Origin: Antedon mediterranea
Taxonomy: Eukaryota; Animalia; Echinodermata
Direction of reading: 5' to 3'
Length of the DNA: 64,000 nucleotides
NCBI RefSeq assembly: GCF_964355755.1
Contig: NC_092678.1
Location: 19,795,365-19,859,364, forward strand
The notes beneath the pieces are model-generated. The model worked only from the letters and a program-made list of their open reading frames with translations. It made no database searches and had not been told where the DNA came from. Numbering within the stretch: the first letter of the stretch is position 1; each line of letters opens with the position of its first letter. Both the position numbers and the translations under genes were made by a program. Positions 1-13,879 of this stretch are shown one piece after another.

Positions 1-32
1 AGAACTTAATTATTAACAGTCAAATAGCTTAC

Positions 33-1621
33 TGTTTTCCAAAGCACATTGAAGCAACGATGTTGTAGACTACTAATGTTATCACTTCCTTTGGATTAAA
101 AGGTGCCCCAGCTTTTTGTTCAACAACGTCTTTAATTTTGGGACGTATCTCAATTAACAAAGTCTCCAACTCCTTAGTTGCATAATCTCTGTCAAGAAAA
201 ACATGATTTCGTAAAATTTAACATGCGGATGTCATAGTTAATGAGACCACATTCGTAGAAAAAATGAGTAGGCCTATTGTATAGAGATTTTGCTGAATGC
301 TCCAGTAGTCTTACGTAATGGGAGAGGCGTTGTTTTGGTTTGCCACTGCCCGCGGCAAAGTCAAATAGGGTAGGCCTACACTGTCATAGACCTGGGCCTA
401 CATTGTGATAAACCTAAGCTTACACTGTGATAGCCCTAGAGGCCTACACTGTGTTAGACCTAGGCCTACAATGTGAGAGACCTAGGCCTGACTCACCTGA
501 TAGCTAGATGTGCTAACTTTCGATGGAATTTCCAGGTTTGTGTAGGCTGAGCCGCAGCTATATCTTTTCCATTGTCGCTAAGCAAATCAGCTGTAAGATT
601 AAAAATTAGGCTTAGAACAAAGTATAATTGATCTACTATAGTAGCCGTATCATTTACCAATGCATAACAAGACAAATTTCTTTGGGTAATATCTTTTGTA
701 AAATATTCAATACAATTCTTTAAAAAAAAAACAAGCCCGCGTTCATGGTTAGTGATTAACACAGGTAATTTACTGTCTACCCACCAAAGTTTGCGATACC
801 AGTTCCCAATTTACCCGGGCAAATAAGTTTGAAAGGCCCTAAACTCTAAATACAATTAGCTTGGTTCCCACTAGGACACACAACGCAAGGACGTAAGACG
901 CAACGCAGGCGAATTGACCAATCAAAAGCTAGGCTTATTCCAACTGTCGCTTGTGATTGGTCAATTCCCTTGTGTTGCGGCTTACGTCCTTGCGCTGCGT
1001 CCTAGTGGGAACCAAGCTTAATAGGCCCTACTTACTCATAAAGGAATGAGGACGTCCACTGAAATCATTTAACTTGGTCAGTAAAGCATCTTGTACTGAT
1101 TCGTAATTGTTTAGAACGACTGCCCAATAACGTCCCACCTTTAGTGAAAAAACTGGTCCATAGTCTTTGCTCAACTCTTTGAATGTTTCAGCAGGTTGTT
1201 TCTCCATTAATACTATAATATAAGATAAAAGACTATCACAATCTAAATCGAACTATTTATCGTAAAATGGATTTAATTTCGATAAAACTTGTCCTTCATT
1301 CAAATTTCAAAGAACTTATTAAAACGGTGAAATGATAATTACGAATAGGAAAACGAATCAATAAAGTAGGCCTAGCTAAAAGGAAAACAAACGTTTAATT
1401 AAAAGAGTTCGATCGCACAAAGACACTAAGGGCCGAATACGCTTCACGCTATATAACTCAATAATTGAAATGTTAAGCCTACTGTGAAGATGCCCTATGA
1501 CCGGATAGGGAGTTGGACCAGGCGGCATACCAGGCGGACGCCTGATGTTGAAATACATCCATGTAAGCAACAGGATGACCAGAACTACGATGAGCGATGA
1601 CGTAGTCGTATATTCAAACAT
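33..1621 (-). CDS. Cytochrome P450, clan 2 (CYP17A-like), paralog 1; 5' four coding exons, remainder lies outside the window
   Basis: GT-AG exons 1621-1483, 1212-1036, 590-497 and 188-33 splice in frame. They give an N-terminal TM anchor, the PPGPTPYP hinge and GKDIAAAQPTQTWKFHRK (WxxxR). Exon sizes match paralog 2 (139/177/94/156). Confidence 0.9.
370..490. repeat. Degenerate ~21-bp tandem repeat (taggcctacactgtgatagacc), about 5 units, in a CYP intron
   Basis: Repeated units are directly visible. Confidence 0.7.
858..1018. mobile_element. Palindromic MITE, PIF/Harbinger-like (family A)
   Basis: TIR agcttggttcccactag...ctagtgggaaccaagct. Related copies at 8271-8452, 30907-31085, 45088-45266 and 60896-61074, with TTA/TAA flanks. 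Confidence 0.8.
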
Positions 1622-2075
1622 CCTACACAATAAAATAAAATATAAATGGATAGTGGTATGAGAAATGCAAAAAGGGGATGAATTAGGGGAATATTAAGCT
1701 TGATTAGGCAAATTAAAACACTTATAGTGGTTATGAGATTTTGTCAGGATGGGTTGGGGAAGGTGGGTGCAAAGAAGAGGAAAACAGGACGATCAATTAG
1801 CCGTCCCCTACCATAATAATGGTATAGTCCATATTATAAATAGAGGTGGCCGAAAACGGCACCTAATCCTTTACTTCTTTGAGGTTTATAGAATTAGTTT
1901 CTTAATATAGGTGGATGGAAGGACTGGGTATCAATATTATTGCAGCTCGAAACTAAAGGATCACATAGAACAGCTGTGATAAAAACAGGAAAAACCCGGA
2001 TGTCAAGTATATAACCAGAGTAGGCCTTATTTATTAATAATGAAACATTATGTAGGCCTAGGCCTAGAAAGAATG

Positions 2076-2205
2076 TCTTACCTAATTTATTGGTCTTACC
2101 TAATTTATTGGTCTTACTTGAATTTCTCTGTCATACACGTTGTGCCTCTCACACCGTTCAACAGAGAATTGGTTAATATGTACCCGGTGTTCTGACTTTA
2201 TAAAG
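2076..2205 (-). promoter_or_regulatory. Putative TATA box and non-coding first exon of CYP paralog 1, with three tandem splice donors
   Basis: TATAAA near 2196-2204. An 18-bp tandem repeat gives GTAAGA donors at 2117, 2099 and 2081 on the minus strand. The first coding exon has an AG acceptor just before its ATG, so an upstream exon is expected. Confidence 0.5.
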
Positions 2206-2671
2206 CAGTTAGGTTGGTTATCTGCAAACAACGAAGCAATAATTCAAGTGTTGAGTGTTTGAATTAGATACGTGAATCATTACAAAATTAATTATGAGGT
2301 TTCCCATTAAAGCGTATACTGTATCACTAAATAAATACACGTGATGTTTTATAGACAAAATACATCTACAGGGCTTTTGGACCGTGAAGTGTGTTAGCAT
2401 GTGATCTTCAGTAATTGTAAATACAGAAGAAGGCACATGACGATTAATGTATCGTACGATGTGTAGACTTTATCACACTATTTGTTTATTGCGTAATTGT
2501 AGAAGGTATTTTATCACTACCTGTAGTAGGCTGGTACAGACGTATAGTGTCTAGAAAAAAAAACCGGTATCCTGTAACGAAGACCAACTACACTCATCTC
2601 TCACATTCGAGTTCATCTGTTATTAATTGTATTAATTTTATTCCAATTTGATACTTGCCAATTAAATTAAA

Positions 2672-4258
2672 CTTTATGGTATGCTCACGACATCTAGTCC
2701 GTGCCCACAGATGGCTCTCGGATACATAGTAGGCCTAATGCCAGCGTAAGAAAACTGGCGATTTCAAATGTACGTACCACAGGACTATAATACATGTCGT
2801 TTACAGGAACGAATAGACACGTACACGGTGATATATTTAGTCAACTAAAATTAGCACGCTGGAAATTACTTCCGAAAGAGAAACTTGTCACAAAATGAGA
2901 CCAATTGTCAAATTTAAACAAACTTAATTTGTGTTTTGTATTTTGGATGGGGAAGAGGATGGGTGCATAACATAATAACATAATAACAGGATTTTTATAG
3001 CGCACATACCACTCAAGAGTGCTCAAGGCGCATTCAAAAAAATAAAACAAATCATATAAATGCCCGACAAATAAAATGCAATTTCTTTGGAGGGTCCCCA
3101 TCCGTTCTCGTTCTGTCGCGGTCCCGGACCCCTAACACAGACCAAACAAAGGAACAGGATACAATTTTTAAATATATTCTTTATCCATTCAGTAGCGAAA
3201 TATTAATTGTTTTTATGTTTTAAAAATAATATACCTGTACCACTAAACACAGTAAACATTGCGATTTAATACTTTGTTGAAACTGTCACCGTCATAGTCG
3301 ATTGAAATAGTAAAGTACATATCACTACGACGTTTAGGCCTATATTCTTTTGTAATTACAGTATTAATTAATACAAACGTTGAGTAGCAAATGTCAGTAA
3401 TAAAGTTTATTTGTATATGTGTTTATGTAAAACGGATTGTGAAAAATACCTTTAGTCGGGGCAAATCGTAAATTCGCTTTAATCGTCAATAATTAATTAT
3501 CTCACACAACTGAATTAGTAGGCATGATTTTCAATTGTTTCTTCTTACGAGCCAATTCATACTTAAGTTGGATCCTCAACTCACCAAAGTTGCTCAGCGT
3601 TTAGGGCATGTGACCCTTCGTACTGTAAGGCCTATCCTATGCTGGCTTTACAACGCTACTCATGGCATTGAAATAAAGTTGATTGTACACTAACGCTAGC
3701 TCATTATCTGTTTTAAAAAATACATGTATCCAACCTCTGCAGCAAAGATTGAAAAAATGGATCGCATTTCTTTGTGTTATTACGACGCCTGAGGAAATAG
3801 ACACTTGTGGAAAGAGATTGGAATGTTCCATTTATCGTCAAGCAATACGTTTGTATAAACGTATATTAAATCGTATAAATAGTATATTTTTTTAAAGAAA
3901 ATCGGCTTGTCTTCAACGTTATGATGCTGTACTCGAGCTGTTTAACCAATTTTCATCGTAGAAGGAGAAACGTAAAAGCGAAGCATCCTCGTATTATTTT
4001 GTGCGGGTATTTTTCAGCATCGACATCCAGTAGACAGTGTATACCACGATCGGGAAACACCCCTATTTGGGGCAAATCGTCGAACCTAAATTCGTTTTAA
4101 TCAATAAATAATTATATAACTCAACTTAATTAGTAAACAGGGTTACATTAGGTGGTTAAAAGCAGTGCCGAACGTACGAACCAACTTTATTATACCATCG
4201 AGTAAAAAAGTAACGCGCGATTTACCGAATTTTGCTCGTTCGTAAATTTTTATATAGA
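2672..4258 (-). mobile_element. Non-autonomous Helitron, copy 1
   Basis: Reverse-complement homolog of 61357-62702. It starts A|TCTATATA and ends in a degenerate 3' hairpin. Confidence 0.75.
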
Positions 4259-4793
4259 TGGTGATTCGACAAACCAGAGACATTTCTATTCTATGTTTTT
4301 GTTTAATATAATTATAATATAATTATTAATTATTAATATAATTATATAAGGTCTACTAGGCCTATATCAAATGATCGAATAAAGTACCAAAACCATTAGT
4401 ACAAAAACATCCTAAACACTAACAATTATTATATGAATGTTCTATTTAGTCCTATATACCTATTGTAAATTTTCGAATTCAAGTTTAAAAAAAGATTAAG
4501 ATATAAACTTATTTCAGAATTATAGAAAAAAAAAAAGGTATTAAGAGTTACAAAACATGACGTCATCAAAAACTGTATCATTTCATCATAAAACATCATA
4601 AAACATCACAAACACCTAAATCATAACTAAACAAACTTTAATATCGTAAAAACCATACATTTATTTTAGACTCGTCTAATGTTAGAACATCTATAGGCTT
4701 AATTGTGAGTGGAAACGATAGAAATATAGTGCGAACTGTCTCATCTTTTTCCTCTCGGGGACATCAAGCGAATATCTTGGCCTAAATTGATTA

Positions 4794-7700
4794 CTAATAG
4801 CGGGATGTTGCAACTGCCTTGTAGGGCTTAGTAAAGTTAAGACCCTGTGGATTCCCGCTAACTGCGAAAATATCCGTCACACCTGGTGGCTTCTCGAATT
4901 TATAATTCTGAATTAACCACGACAGGACGAGGAAGATCTCAGCCTTAGCTAATGCTTCTCCAACACACACTCTACGACCGGTGGAAAACGGCAGAAAACT
5001 CGGGAGACGCTGTTTTACCGAGTCTGAATCCAAGAATCGCTCTAAAAAAGAAAATTATTTGAGTATATGAGATTTAGCAGCGGATGTTTTAAGTAAACCG
5101 TAGGCCTACAAAATATTGCATACGCCTAAACGAATAAGTCTCAATGACTCTATGGTGTACGAAGGTTTTTACCTGGTGAAAACTTTTCTGGAGAATCCCA
5201 GTATTCTGGGTCGTTGTGAAGTGCCCAAGAATTTATGAAAACCCACGTGTTCTCTGGTACTTCGAAATTCCCTATAACAAAATGACGCATGCTGTTAGAC
5301 CCTATAATCGACATTTGTACTGGCCCATCTCGCTCTCCCGGCTGTCGCTGTGGACAGACGAATGAGCACCGGCAAGTTGTACGATACGAAGGGAACATTA
5401 AGGGAGAAGAAAGTTGTTGAATGTGTCGTGCACACCTGTGCGCAATTAAGTTGGCCCAGTAGACTGTGAATCGCAAGTTATTGCGCACATTTACATTTTA
5501 TGAGTTCTTACCAATTGTTGAGTCCTTTATAGCACGGTGGGTTACGCCTATTGGAGCAACCGTTCCGTACCTCATAATCTCCATAATCGTAGCCTCCGTA
5601 TATGGTAACTTCCCACGATCACTTAGACTTGATGGCCTGTCCCCAATGACTTCATCAAGTTCTTTTTTAATTTTCTTCTGTACATCCGGGTTATCCATCA
5701 AGCAGGCGATACCCCAAAGTAAGGTTGACGTCGTTGTGTCTGTACCAGCTTATAAAATAATTGAAATTCGAATACAAAACAGGTTTAGAGATGAAAATAT
5801 GCCGCTGCTGGGCAATTCAAGCCTCGCGCGTTGGTAACACGCGTGAAATATTCGTGCAGCACGGCGAAGCGTAATTTGTTTAATAAAACATCAAGCAGCA
5901 AACTTGTAGCCACTACTAAATTGTAGGTCTCGAATTTACACCCAGAAAAAATGCATGCGATAGGCCTACCGGTTATTGTAACGGTACGCCGCCACGCCAA
6001 GTCCATTATTGAAAGTGTTCCGTAGTCACTCTTTAGTAACTTTCACTTCCATACACAATCCACAAACATTACGTATGATAAAACAGGTGGATAAAAGGCC
6101 TACTTAGAAATATTGTGTTTTATTTATTGAAAGTACAGTGTAGGCCTAAGACAAACCAATCGGTCAGCCAGACAGGAGTTCAACATCACTTACCACTAAA
6201 AAGATCCGATAAAATTTGCTTTATATGCACGTCGGTTAGTTTATTTTCTGAGCCTTCCGTTTCTTTTTCATCTCTCTGGGCATGTAGAAGCAGCTCAATC
6301 ATGTCCTTCGCAGGTTCGTCTAAAACGACAATAGGCCCCAGTTATTTATACATGATCACCACCGCAGACAAAGTAATGATTGAATGTGATGAAGCTAGGC
6401 CTGTAGTATTTCATAAGATGGATGGATGGTAGGCAGGCGATCGCCAAAAGAAACACAGTAACTGAACATATCGACGACGGCTGTATTCCGTGAACGTTAT
6501 GATTACATCAGTACCCGACGGATCTACGAAACATCGTGCCAAGAAGCATACCAAAAATTAACAATTAGCATACTAATGAAGTTAACCCAGGTGCGGTACA
6601 CGTTGACACCTGTGTAATTCGATGAATAAGTGGGTTGGGGAGGAGGGGGAGGGGGAGAAAGGGAAACACTATGGCCAGCCAACACTTATTCAAGGACACG
6701 CCTAATAAAACACCTGGTTTTACAGGGTTCTACTTCATTAAAATGACACTGTACCTAACAAAGTGTCCATTCCAATTAATAAGGTGTATTTTGAATAGGA
6801 ATTTGTCAGTGTTGAAACATTATTTCTCCTTATTCTTTTATATCGAAAGTGTCTTCTTAACAGAGGGGTCACATGAATAGAAGTGCCCCCACCCCCCTCA
6901 TACAAAAGACTGTATACATTTACCTGGAGAATATTCTTTCAAATGCTGACTAACGTCTTTCATAAGGATATCAAAGAATTCATTTGTAAGCTTCTTTATT
7001 TTGTTCACTTGTGGACTTGGTAAAAATCGAGCCGCTGGAACAAAGTCAGACAGGGTGCCATTCGCAAACACTTCATTTATATCTTCTGATATCTGAACAA
7101 ATTTTTTAAGTCGGGGGTCGTTCAATTGGTAACTAAAAAAGTGACAACCAATGTATATTAATATTTTCATCACAAAATCCACAAATTCATTTTTAATCTG
7201 ATGTCAAGAGCTAGGGCTTAAAAAGAAGGCGGCACTCAGATGTTATCTGCGGAGCAGAATAATTATAGACGGCACACTGAGTTTGGTTTGGATTCATTTA
7301 GCGCCCTCAAGTTAACGTATTTTGGAGAAGAAAAAAAATCTGCGTATTTTGGATCGATGTTCATCAACCCGACTCTATTAGTTCATCATCTTAAATGAAC
7401 TTGCCAACGTCACGTGATAACATTAATGAAATGACAAAACGTTAAATGTTATCTGGTAACTAGTTTGGGTTCCAGACGGAGTTTGACTTGATATTAGTAT
7501 AAAGATAAATATTTTGGCACATTCATACTTATACTATTTGAGCTTCAAACTCAGGTTCAGACAAACATCAAAAAGCCTCGAAATAACTACAGACTTGGGG
7601 CAAGTCTAGCTGATAACTTACTTATGTCCAAAACACATAGAAGCAATGATGTTGTAAACTGCCAATGTGATCACTTCCTTTGGATCAAAAGGTGTACCAG

Positions 7701-9316
7701 CTTTATCAGCAAAGACATCTCTAAGTTTTGGTGTTATGTCTGCTAACAAAGTCTCCAACTCTGACGTGGCATATTTTCTATAAAGACCGAGCGAATCATT
7801 ATCTTGTGGCTATAGATGACATAATATTCAACGACACAGATTTTTTAGGGAGTTATTTATTTACTAACCGGGTAAGTTGATCACCTAAACAAGTTATCGA
7901 TAAATGATCTATAAAACCAAATTACTTGGGTAAAAAAAATTGTACTGCCCTAATAGTGTATGTTGAAAGAAAATACGAATTTCATAAGCTTGCTTTGTTT
8001 ATAAAAAAGTATTCTTACTTGATGGCTACGTGCGCTAACTTTCGATGGAATTTCCAGGTTGGCGTAGGCTGAGCAAAAGCGATATCCTTTCCGTTGTCCG
8101 TAAACCAGTTTACTGTGTATAATAAAATTAAATCAAAATTGAGGGTAACAAAAGTAAATTAACTAATGTGAATTTGATATTGGGTCTGATTTTACAATAT
8201 AAGATATAACAGCATTTTCTTCGTCGTCAAACTTGGTCAATAGTAAAATCCATGGAGTGTTTAATGTTAAAGCTTGGTTCCCACTACTAGAACGTAACGC
8301 AAGGACGTAAACGCAACGCAAGCGTTTTAACCAATGACAAGTGAAGTTATAGACAGTTAGCAATCACAAGCGAATAAGCCATCGCTTGTGATTGGTCAAT
8401 ACACTTACTTTGCGTTACGTCCTTGCGTTGCGTCGCTAGTGGCAACCACGTTTTAGAATCTAATGTCACAACATTTTTCTTCATGGGTTAATGTTCTTTT
8501 GAACATAGTATCTCTATTTGTTTTTGCTATATTATTATTACCTTACGATCATTATATTTTCAAGTAGTATTTTAAGATTTCATCTTAATTATCTATAGGC
8601 CCACAGTACTGTTATAAAACGCTATTTTTCGACAACAGAATATTGAGAAACTATATGACGTCATTTATAATTTTAAAGAATGAATTTATTCATTCATAAC
8701 TATACAAACACTTACTCATATACTGATCAGGTCGTCCACTAAAATCATTGAACTTTGTAAGTAAAGCCTCTTGCACCAGTTCATAGTTGTTCAGAACAAC
8801 TGCCCAAACAGGTCCAAATTTTACCGTAAAAATTGGACCATACTCTTGCGACATGTCTTTAAATATTTCTGCTGGCTGTTTTTTACCCATAAATACTATA
8901 AAAACACAATTATAGAAGTCTGTATAGAAAACTGTATTTTTAAGGTCAACGAATTGTCTTTAAAACCGTTATTGTATTGTATATGGATTGGAGGCAACTA
9001 GCCAACAAACTATTTGTGTGAGATATACACACACTGGAGAGTAGGTAGTGGTAGGCCTACTATATTTTTAAAAGAATTAGTGTGTGAATTGAACCATGGC
9101 ATTTAGAGAGATAAATTGCACACAGGCCTAAAGTGTCTAGTTTAAGAGTATACAATGATAATACGTATGCCTCCTACTTAGAGCATTCCCTAAGATAGGG
9201 TAAGGCGTTGGACCAGGTGGCATTCCAAGTGGACGTCGAATGTTGAAATACATCCACGTCAGCAACAGGATGACCAGCACTGCGAGTAGAGACATCGTAC
9301 TTGTACAATCGAACAT
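4794..9316 (-). CDS. Cytochrome P450, clan 2 (CYP17A-like), paralog 2; complete, 9 coding exons, 495 aa
   Basis: Exons 9316-9178, 8895-8716, 8112-8019, 7777-7622, 7132-6924, 6319-6194, 5748-5512, 5271-5173 and 5041-4794 total 1488 nt in frame. Motifs: PPGP, WxxxR, AGTDTT (I-helix), EIMR (ExxR), PERF and heme FSTGRRVCVG. Confidence 0.95.
8271..8452. mobile_element. Palindromic MITE family A
   Basis: Same TIR and internal sequence as 30907-31085. Confidence 0.8.
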
Positions 9317-10671
9317 CCTAGAATAAAAATCATAAATCAGAAACGAGGGGTCGATAATAAGACATTATTCATGTCGTAGTTAATTTGGAATACTACATGA
9401 TACAGTACCGTATATGTTTCCGAGAACAATATACATTTACAGGGGTGATTCTCGGGTCATCCCTATACATGGTCGCAAACATCCGTCAGTAATTATTGTA
9501 GGCCTACACTGTCTATAATCAGGCTGAATGAGAATAAAACATGACATGTACGCTAGGCCTACCTGTAAAATATACTGAAATGTATTTATACGGGTTAATT
9601 ATAAAATCATGCCTACCTGTTGGGTTTGCTGTATAGGCCTTCACAGAAACGTCACACTACGCTGTACATTCGCTAAAAACGCCCAGCAGAAATGAATTAC
9701 CGGCCTACAATCAATCGCGATCGATATTGTTACGTCATTTAGGTGACCAGCGAACAATGGTAAATGCTAAATAGTGTTTTATTAACGGCCTCAGTCTGGT
9801 GAAATATTATCTTAAATAAATATACGTGATCTTGACAAAACATTGCACGACAGGTATACAAAGGTAGGCCTATTTGGAGACGTAGAGCGTCATCAGCAAA
9901 TTTATAATATGCTTTTGTACTATCTGAATAATTTAACAATGTTGTTTTTTGCTTTATTTCCACATTTTGGTCACACTGCTTTATACTTGTATACATTACA
10001 AACAAATGATTTCCATTTGCTTGAAACTGTTTTGAACCAAAATAGGCCCCTATATTGCACCCTAAGGCTGTTTTTCCACTGAAGTATTGCTTACGCAAAC
10101 ATATCAAGTTACACAAAGTAGAAGAAAATGTGAAGACGCATGCGCATAAGTCGTGCAAATAATTCGCCAAGTGGAAAACAGGCTTATGTCTACCATGGAG
10201 AAATAATTAGTTCCTAATTTCTTCGTGGGCCTACTGATCACTGAATAATTCGAATTGTGAAAATTGGGCGATAATAATATAGGCCTAGACTGTATTCTGA
10301 TATTCGAGTGAAATTCGAGGGCTTACATTTTGTACGGACACATGTCTTCACAAAACACTTTTAGTATCAGTAACTTAACACAGTACAGAACATAATACTG
10401 TAGTCTATGACATTCTCGTTTAAAGTAGTTATGTTATAAAAAATGTGTTATATTGTGCAATGAAGCATTCGGTGAAAGATAAATTATTATTTTCACAACT
10501 CATAAATTTATTTCTACAATTTGCATACGCATTCATTACTGTATTGTATAACAATGCTTTTAACAGAAGTAAGGAAACAACTGAAGAGGGCGCTAAAATT
10601 TGCCAACTAGAAACCAACCCACAATTATTCAATAAGTTTTACTTAGTACACAAAATTAATTAAATTTAATT

Positions 10672-12081
10672 ATGGCAACATCTTGTGGTGCAGATGCAAA
10701 TTCGTCATGGATGGAAAATATGCCACCTCAATTGCGATGTCAACCATTAAAAAACATAGCTATTCCAGGTAATAAACCTTATTGAATCACTAACTAAAAC
10801 AACTCGAGTAGGCTAACACCGTGCTAAGCATATAACTTATAGTATAAGGCTTTAGGCTAAGCTCAGATTCAATACACGTCTGTTGATACGAAACGATGAC
10901 AACGTAGCCTACTCAAATGGGATGCTTGTTTAGCAGAAGCCATGCCTAAACTACCGTGACGACACGGACGGTGTTTTACATAATAATTATTATAAATATA
11001 AATTCAACACTAAGTTTAAATAGTCCCAATATTTCAAAATAAATGTTGAAAATACCTGTCAAGTGACTAGTATGACGTTTTATTGAACTCCGGATATGGA
11101 ACGCCGAAATTCGTGGTGCGCCACCAATGACAAAAGTTTTTATCCATTGTTTGTTTTCTTAAAACTAAAGATATAATACCTGTATATAGGCCTAACAAAA
11201 ATTCTATATAATATATTTATGTTTTTTATTTATTTTCATACACAGGTTCTCACAACTCATTTTCATACTCACTAAAAGTAAATTCTCCGGTGTCTCCGTG
11301 TTCACCTGATACAATCCGTAACCTTGTTTCCGTCTTCGGCAAAACTGCGTGCAAAATTGTTCACAATTGGAGTGTTACACAGACACTAACAATCAAGGAG
11401 CAACTAAATTGTGGGATACGTTATTTAGATTTGCGTGTTGCAACAAGTAAAACAGAAGAAGGTTTATTTTTCGTGCATGGTTTGTATGGGTGTTCGGTAG
11501 AGACTGGACTTGGAGAGATTAAGGACTGGGTTGACAATCACCCTAATGAAATCCTCTTGTTAGATTTTAATCATTTGTATAATATGGAGGTCAAAGATCA
11601 CCAATATCTTACACAGCAGCTCCAGGAGAAGTTTGGCCGCAAGCTGTGTCCCGTTATTGATGTTGAAAATGTTGCGTTAAACGTTTTATGCGAACAAAAT
11701 TGGAATGTTATTGTTTTCTACCACAACAACCACCACAAGGAGAACAACTCATTATGGGCGGGAAGCAGAATCCCCTCACCATGGCCCAACACGCCAGAGC
11801 CGACCAAAATGGTGAATTTTTTAGAAGCTAACCACACTCGTGGACGCGATACAAGTAAGTTTCATGTCACGCAGGGCATATTGACACCCACAGGAACGAC
11901 AATCTTGCAACATATTAAAAGTACATTGAAAGGAGTGTTTTCAGTGCCAGCAATGAAGAACCTTCAGTTTTACCTCAAAGATAAGAAGGCTGGCCCGAGC
12001 AATATCAATATCGTCATTGCAGATTTTGTAGAAATGGATGGATTCATAGATTGTGTTTTGGCTATGAATAACTCAACATAA
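10672..12081 (+). CDS. PLCXD: PI-PLC X domain-containing protein (PLCXD2/3-like); 2 coding exons, 310 aa
   Basis: Exons 10672-10768 and 11246-12081 total 933 nt. Motifs WM...IAIPG|SHNS, EQLNCGIRYLDLRV, FFVHGL, EILLLDFNH and NIVIADFV. Both catalytic-type His residues are present. Confidence 0.92.
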
Positions 12082-12098
12082 TATCTTCGTGTTAAATA

Positions 12099-12338
12099 AG
12101 TGGAGTTGTGGCTTGGTGGTAATGATGCTTGGCTACCACTCCAAGTGTCCTGTGTTTAAGTCCAGTCACATGTCAGGATTTTTTCTAAGGACAAAATCAC
12201 AACCACTCTCAAAGACTTGTAATTAAGACTTTGTTTACGTAGAGCATCTTGTGTATGTTTGTCTTGTGAACCTCTGAGGGTTCCTAATGATCAGCAATTG
12301 CTAGATGGATCACCCTCATTAAATATGGTAAAAAAAAA
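12099..12338 (+). mobile_element. Degenerate tRNA-derived SINE in the PLCXD 3' UTR
   Basis: A-box-like gtggcttggtggtaa, decayed B-box-like gtttaagtcc, and a 3' tail ending in an A-run. Confidence 0.45.
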
Positions 12339-12824
12339 TCCATTCTATGTATGCTGATTTGAATCATATCCGATGTTACTCCTTTTATGCCAATGAATTT
12401 AACATAGGATTTAACGAGCGTTATAGTTATATAGTTGTAAAATATGCATAATATACTAAACGCAGTACATAAATTTATTAATTTTTATTCAGTCTTTGAA
12501 ATGTTCCGACTACAATAATTGTTAAAATCTGTCATGATTTATATTTTAATTATTTCTACCAAATTATAAATGACAGATATAAATACAAATAAAATTGGTT
12601 TTTGATGTCAGTTACATGTAAATGAATCAATTGTTCTAACATGATTTCCATGTAATAATTACATTGTTTTAACAAATCTTAAATACTGTACTAAAAGTAC
12701 AGTTTTGATCATACTTTAGTTTGACAATAGAAGTACAAGCACAAGTATTACAGTAGAAACTAAAAATGAAGATCAATATGTTTTAAACACTATCGCAAAC
12801 CACTATTCAGAGGAGACCATGTTA

Positions 12825-13012
12825 AGGCCAATTTACACAGACGAGCGGTAACGGTAATAAATACAATATAGAATCTATGTTATTCCTTATGACCATTTAC
12901 ACACAACGCGGAGCGGATGGGCGGTTTCCGCTCAGGATAGATACAGATTATACGTGGGACAAGCTACGTGGTTTTCCGCTTCCCGTTACCGCTCGTCTGT
13001 GTAAATTTGCCT
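12825..13012. mobile_element. PIF/Harbinger-like MITE
   Basis: ~30-bp TIR aggccaatttacacagacgagcggtaacgg / ccgttaccgctcgtctgtgtaaatttgcct, with TTA on both sides. Confidence 0.8.
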
Positions 13013-13117
13013 TTAAGGTGATACTTGGTTTGATCACTTTACTACAGTAGGGGTTTTACTGTATTCTTCACAAATACAAAGCTACACATATAAGTTTGAC
13101 TAAATTTAGGTTATAAT

Positions 13118-13255
13118 GCCCTGTCTACACTATCAAACTAATTTGACAAAATAAAGTGTGATGTGCCTAAATATGGTAGTGATATATCATCATGTACTCA
13201 CGCACATCATATGTGTTTGTCATATAATTATAGTTTGATAGCGTAGACAAAGCTT
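13118..13255. mobile_element. MITE family B (agctctgtctacactatcaaact...agtttgatagtgtagacagagct)
   Basis: Full or partial copies also at about 18200-18311, 21955-22077, 22603-22733, 30713-30877, 42155-42250, 44520-44610 and 46847-47017. Confidence 0.75.
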
Positions 13256-13879
13256 AAAATTCTATCTTCACTATCAAACTTTATATATGGGAACAAATTT
13301 GTTGTCAAATTAGTTTGATAGTCTAGACACGGTTTTAAGATGCCAGAGACCATGTCAAAATTATTCTACTGCAGTTACTGCAGTATACTACATCTGGTTT
13401 AAGTTGTTTCCTTAATTAGCAATCTTTTTTTGATTAATCATACATTTATGATCAATTGCTAATATTTTGTTCAGTTTTTCAATAATATAAATTACATTTT
13501 TCCTTAACAAAAATAAAGAAAAAAAAAATAATAAAAATTAAATTGGTCAGATTTGTTTTACAGTATTTACTAACCGAACAAATGTGTTTACATACTTGAC
13601 ATTGTAGCCTTTACAACACTATACCAGTACAGTCAATAACAAACTTAAAGATACTTGAAAGTAAAACACACAACAAACTTAATAGCTGATCTGCCTATGT
13701 AGTGCGGATCACCTATTAGAACAGCAAAAATGTAAAAATAGAACCATGAGTTGAGAATCCGTAAAGCATTTTAAAGGTGTGTTCAGACACAATGGTGTTC
13801 ACACATACCCATAATCTAAGGAGGGAGTTGTCTTTGTATTTAAACATGCTAATGAAATTGTCAAGCAAAATGATTATTA

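Noticed and set aside
858-8452. Same MITE family in intron 2 of both CYP paralogs as a shared ancestral insertion
   Set aside because: The flanking intron sequences do not align and the two copies differ internally. Independent insertions of an abundant family are more plausible.
9739-10663. Short ORFs between CYP and PLCXD, and most other <150-aa ORFs in the track
   Set aside because: No recognisable motifs or splice-consistent structure. They are antisense shadows, wrong-frame reads of real exons, or repeat-derived.
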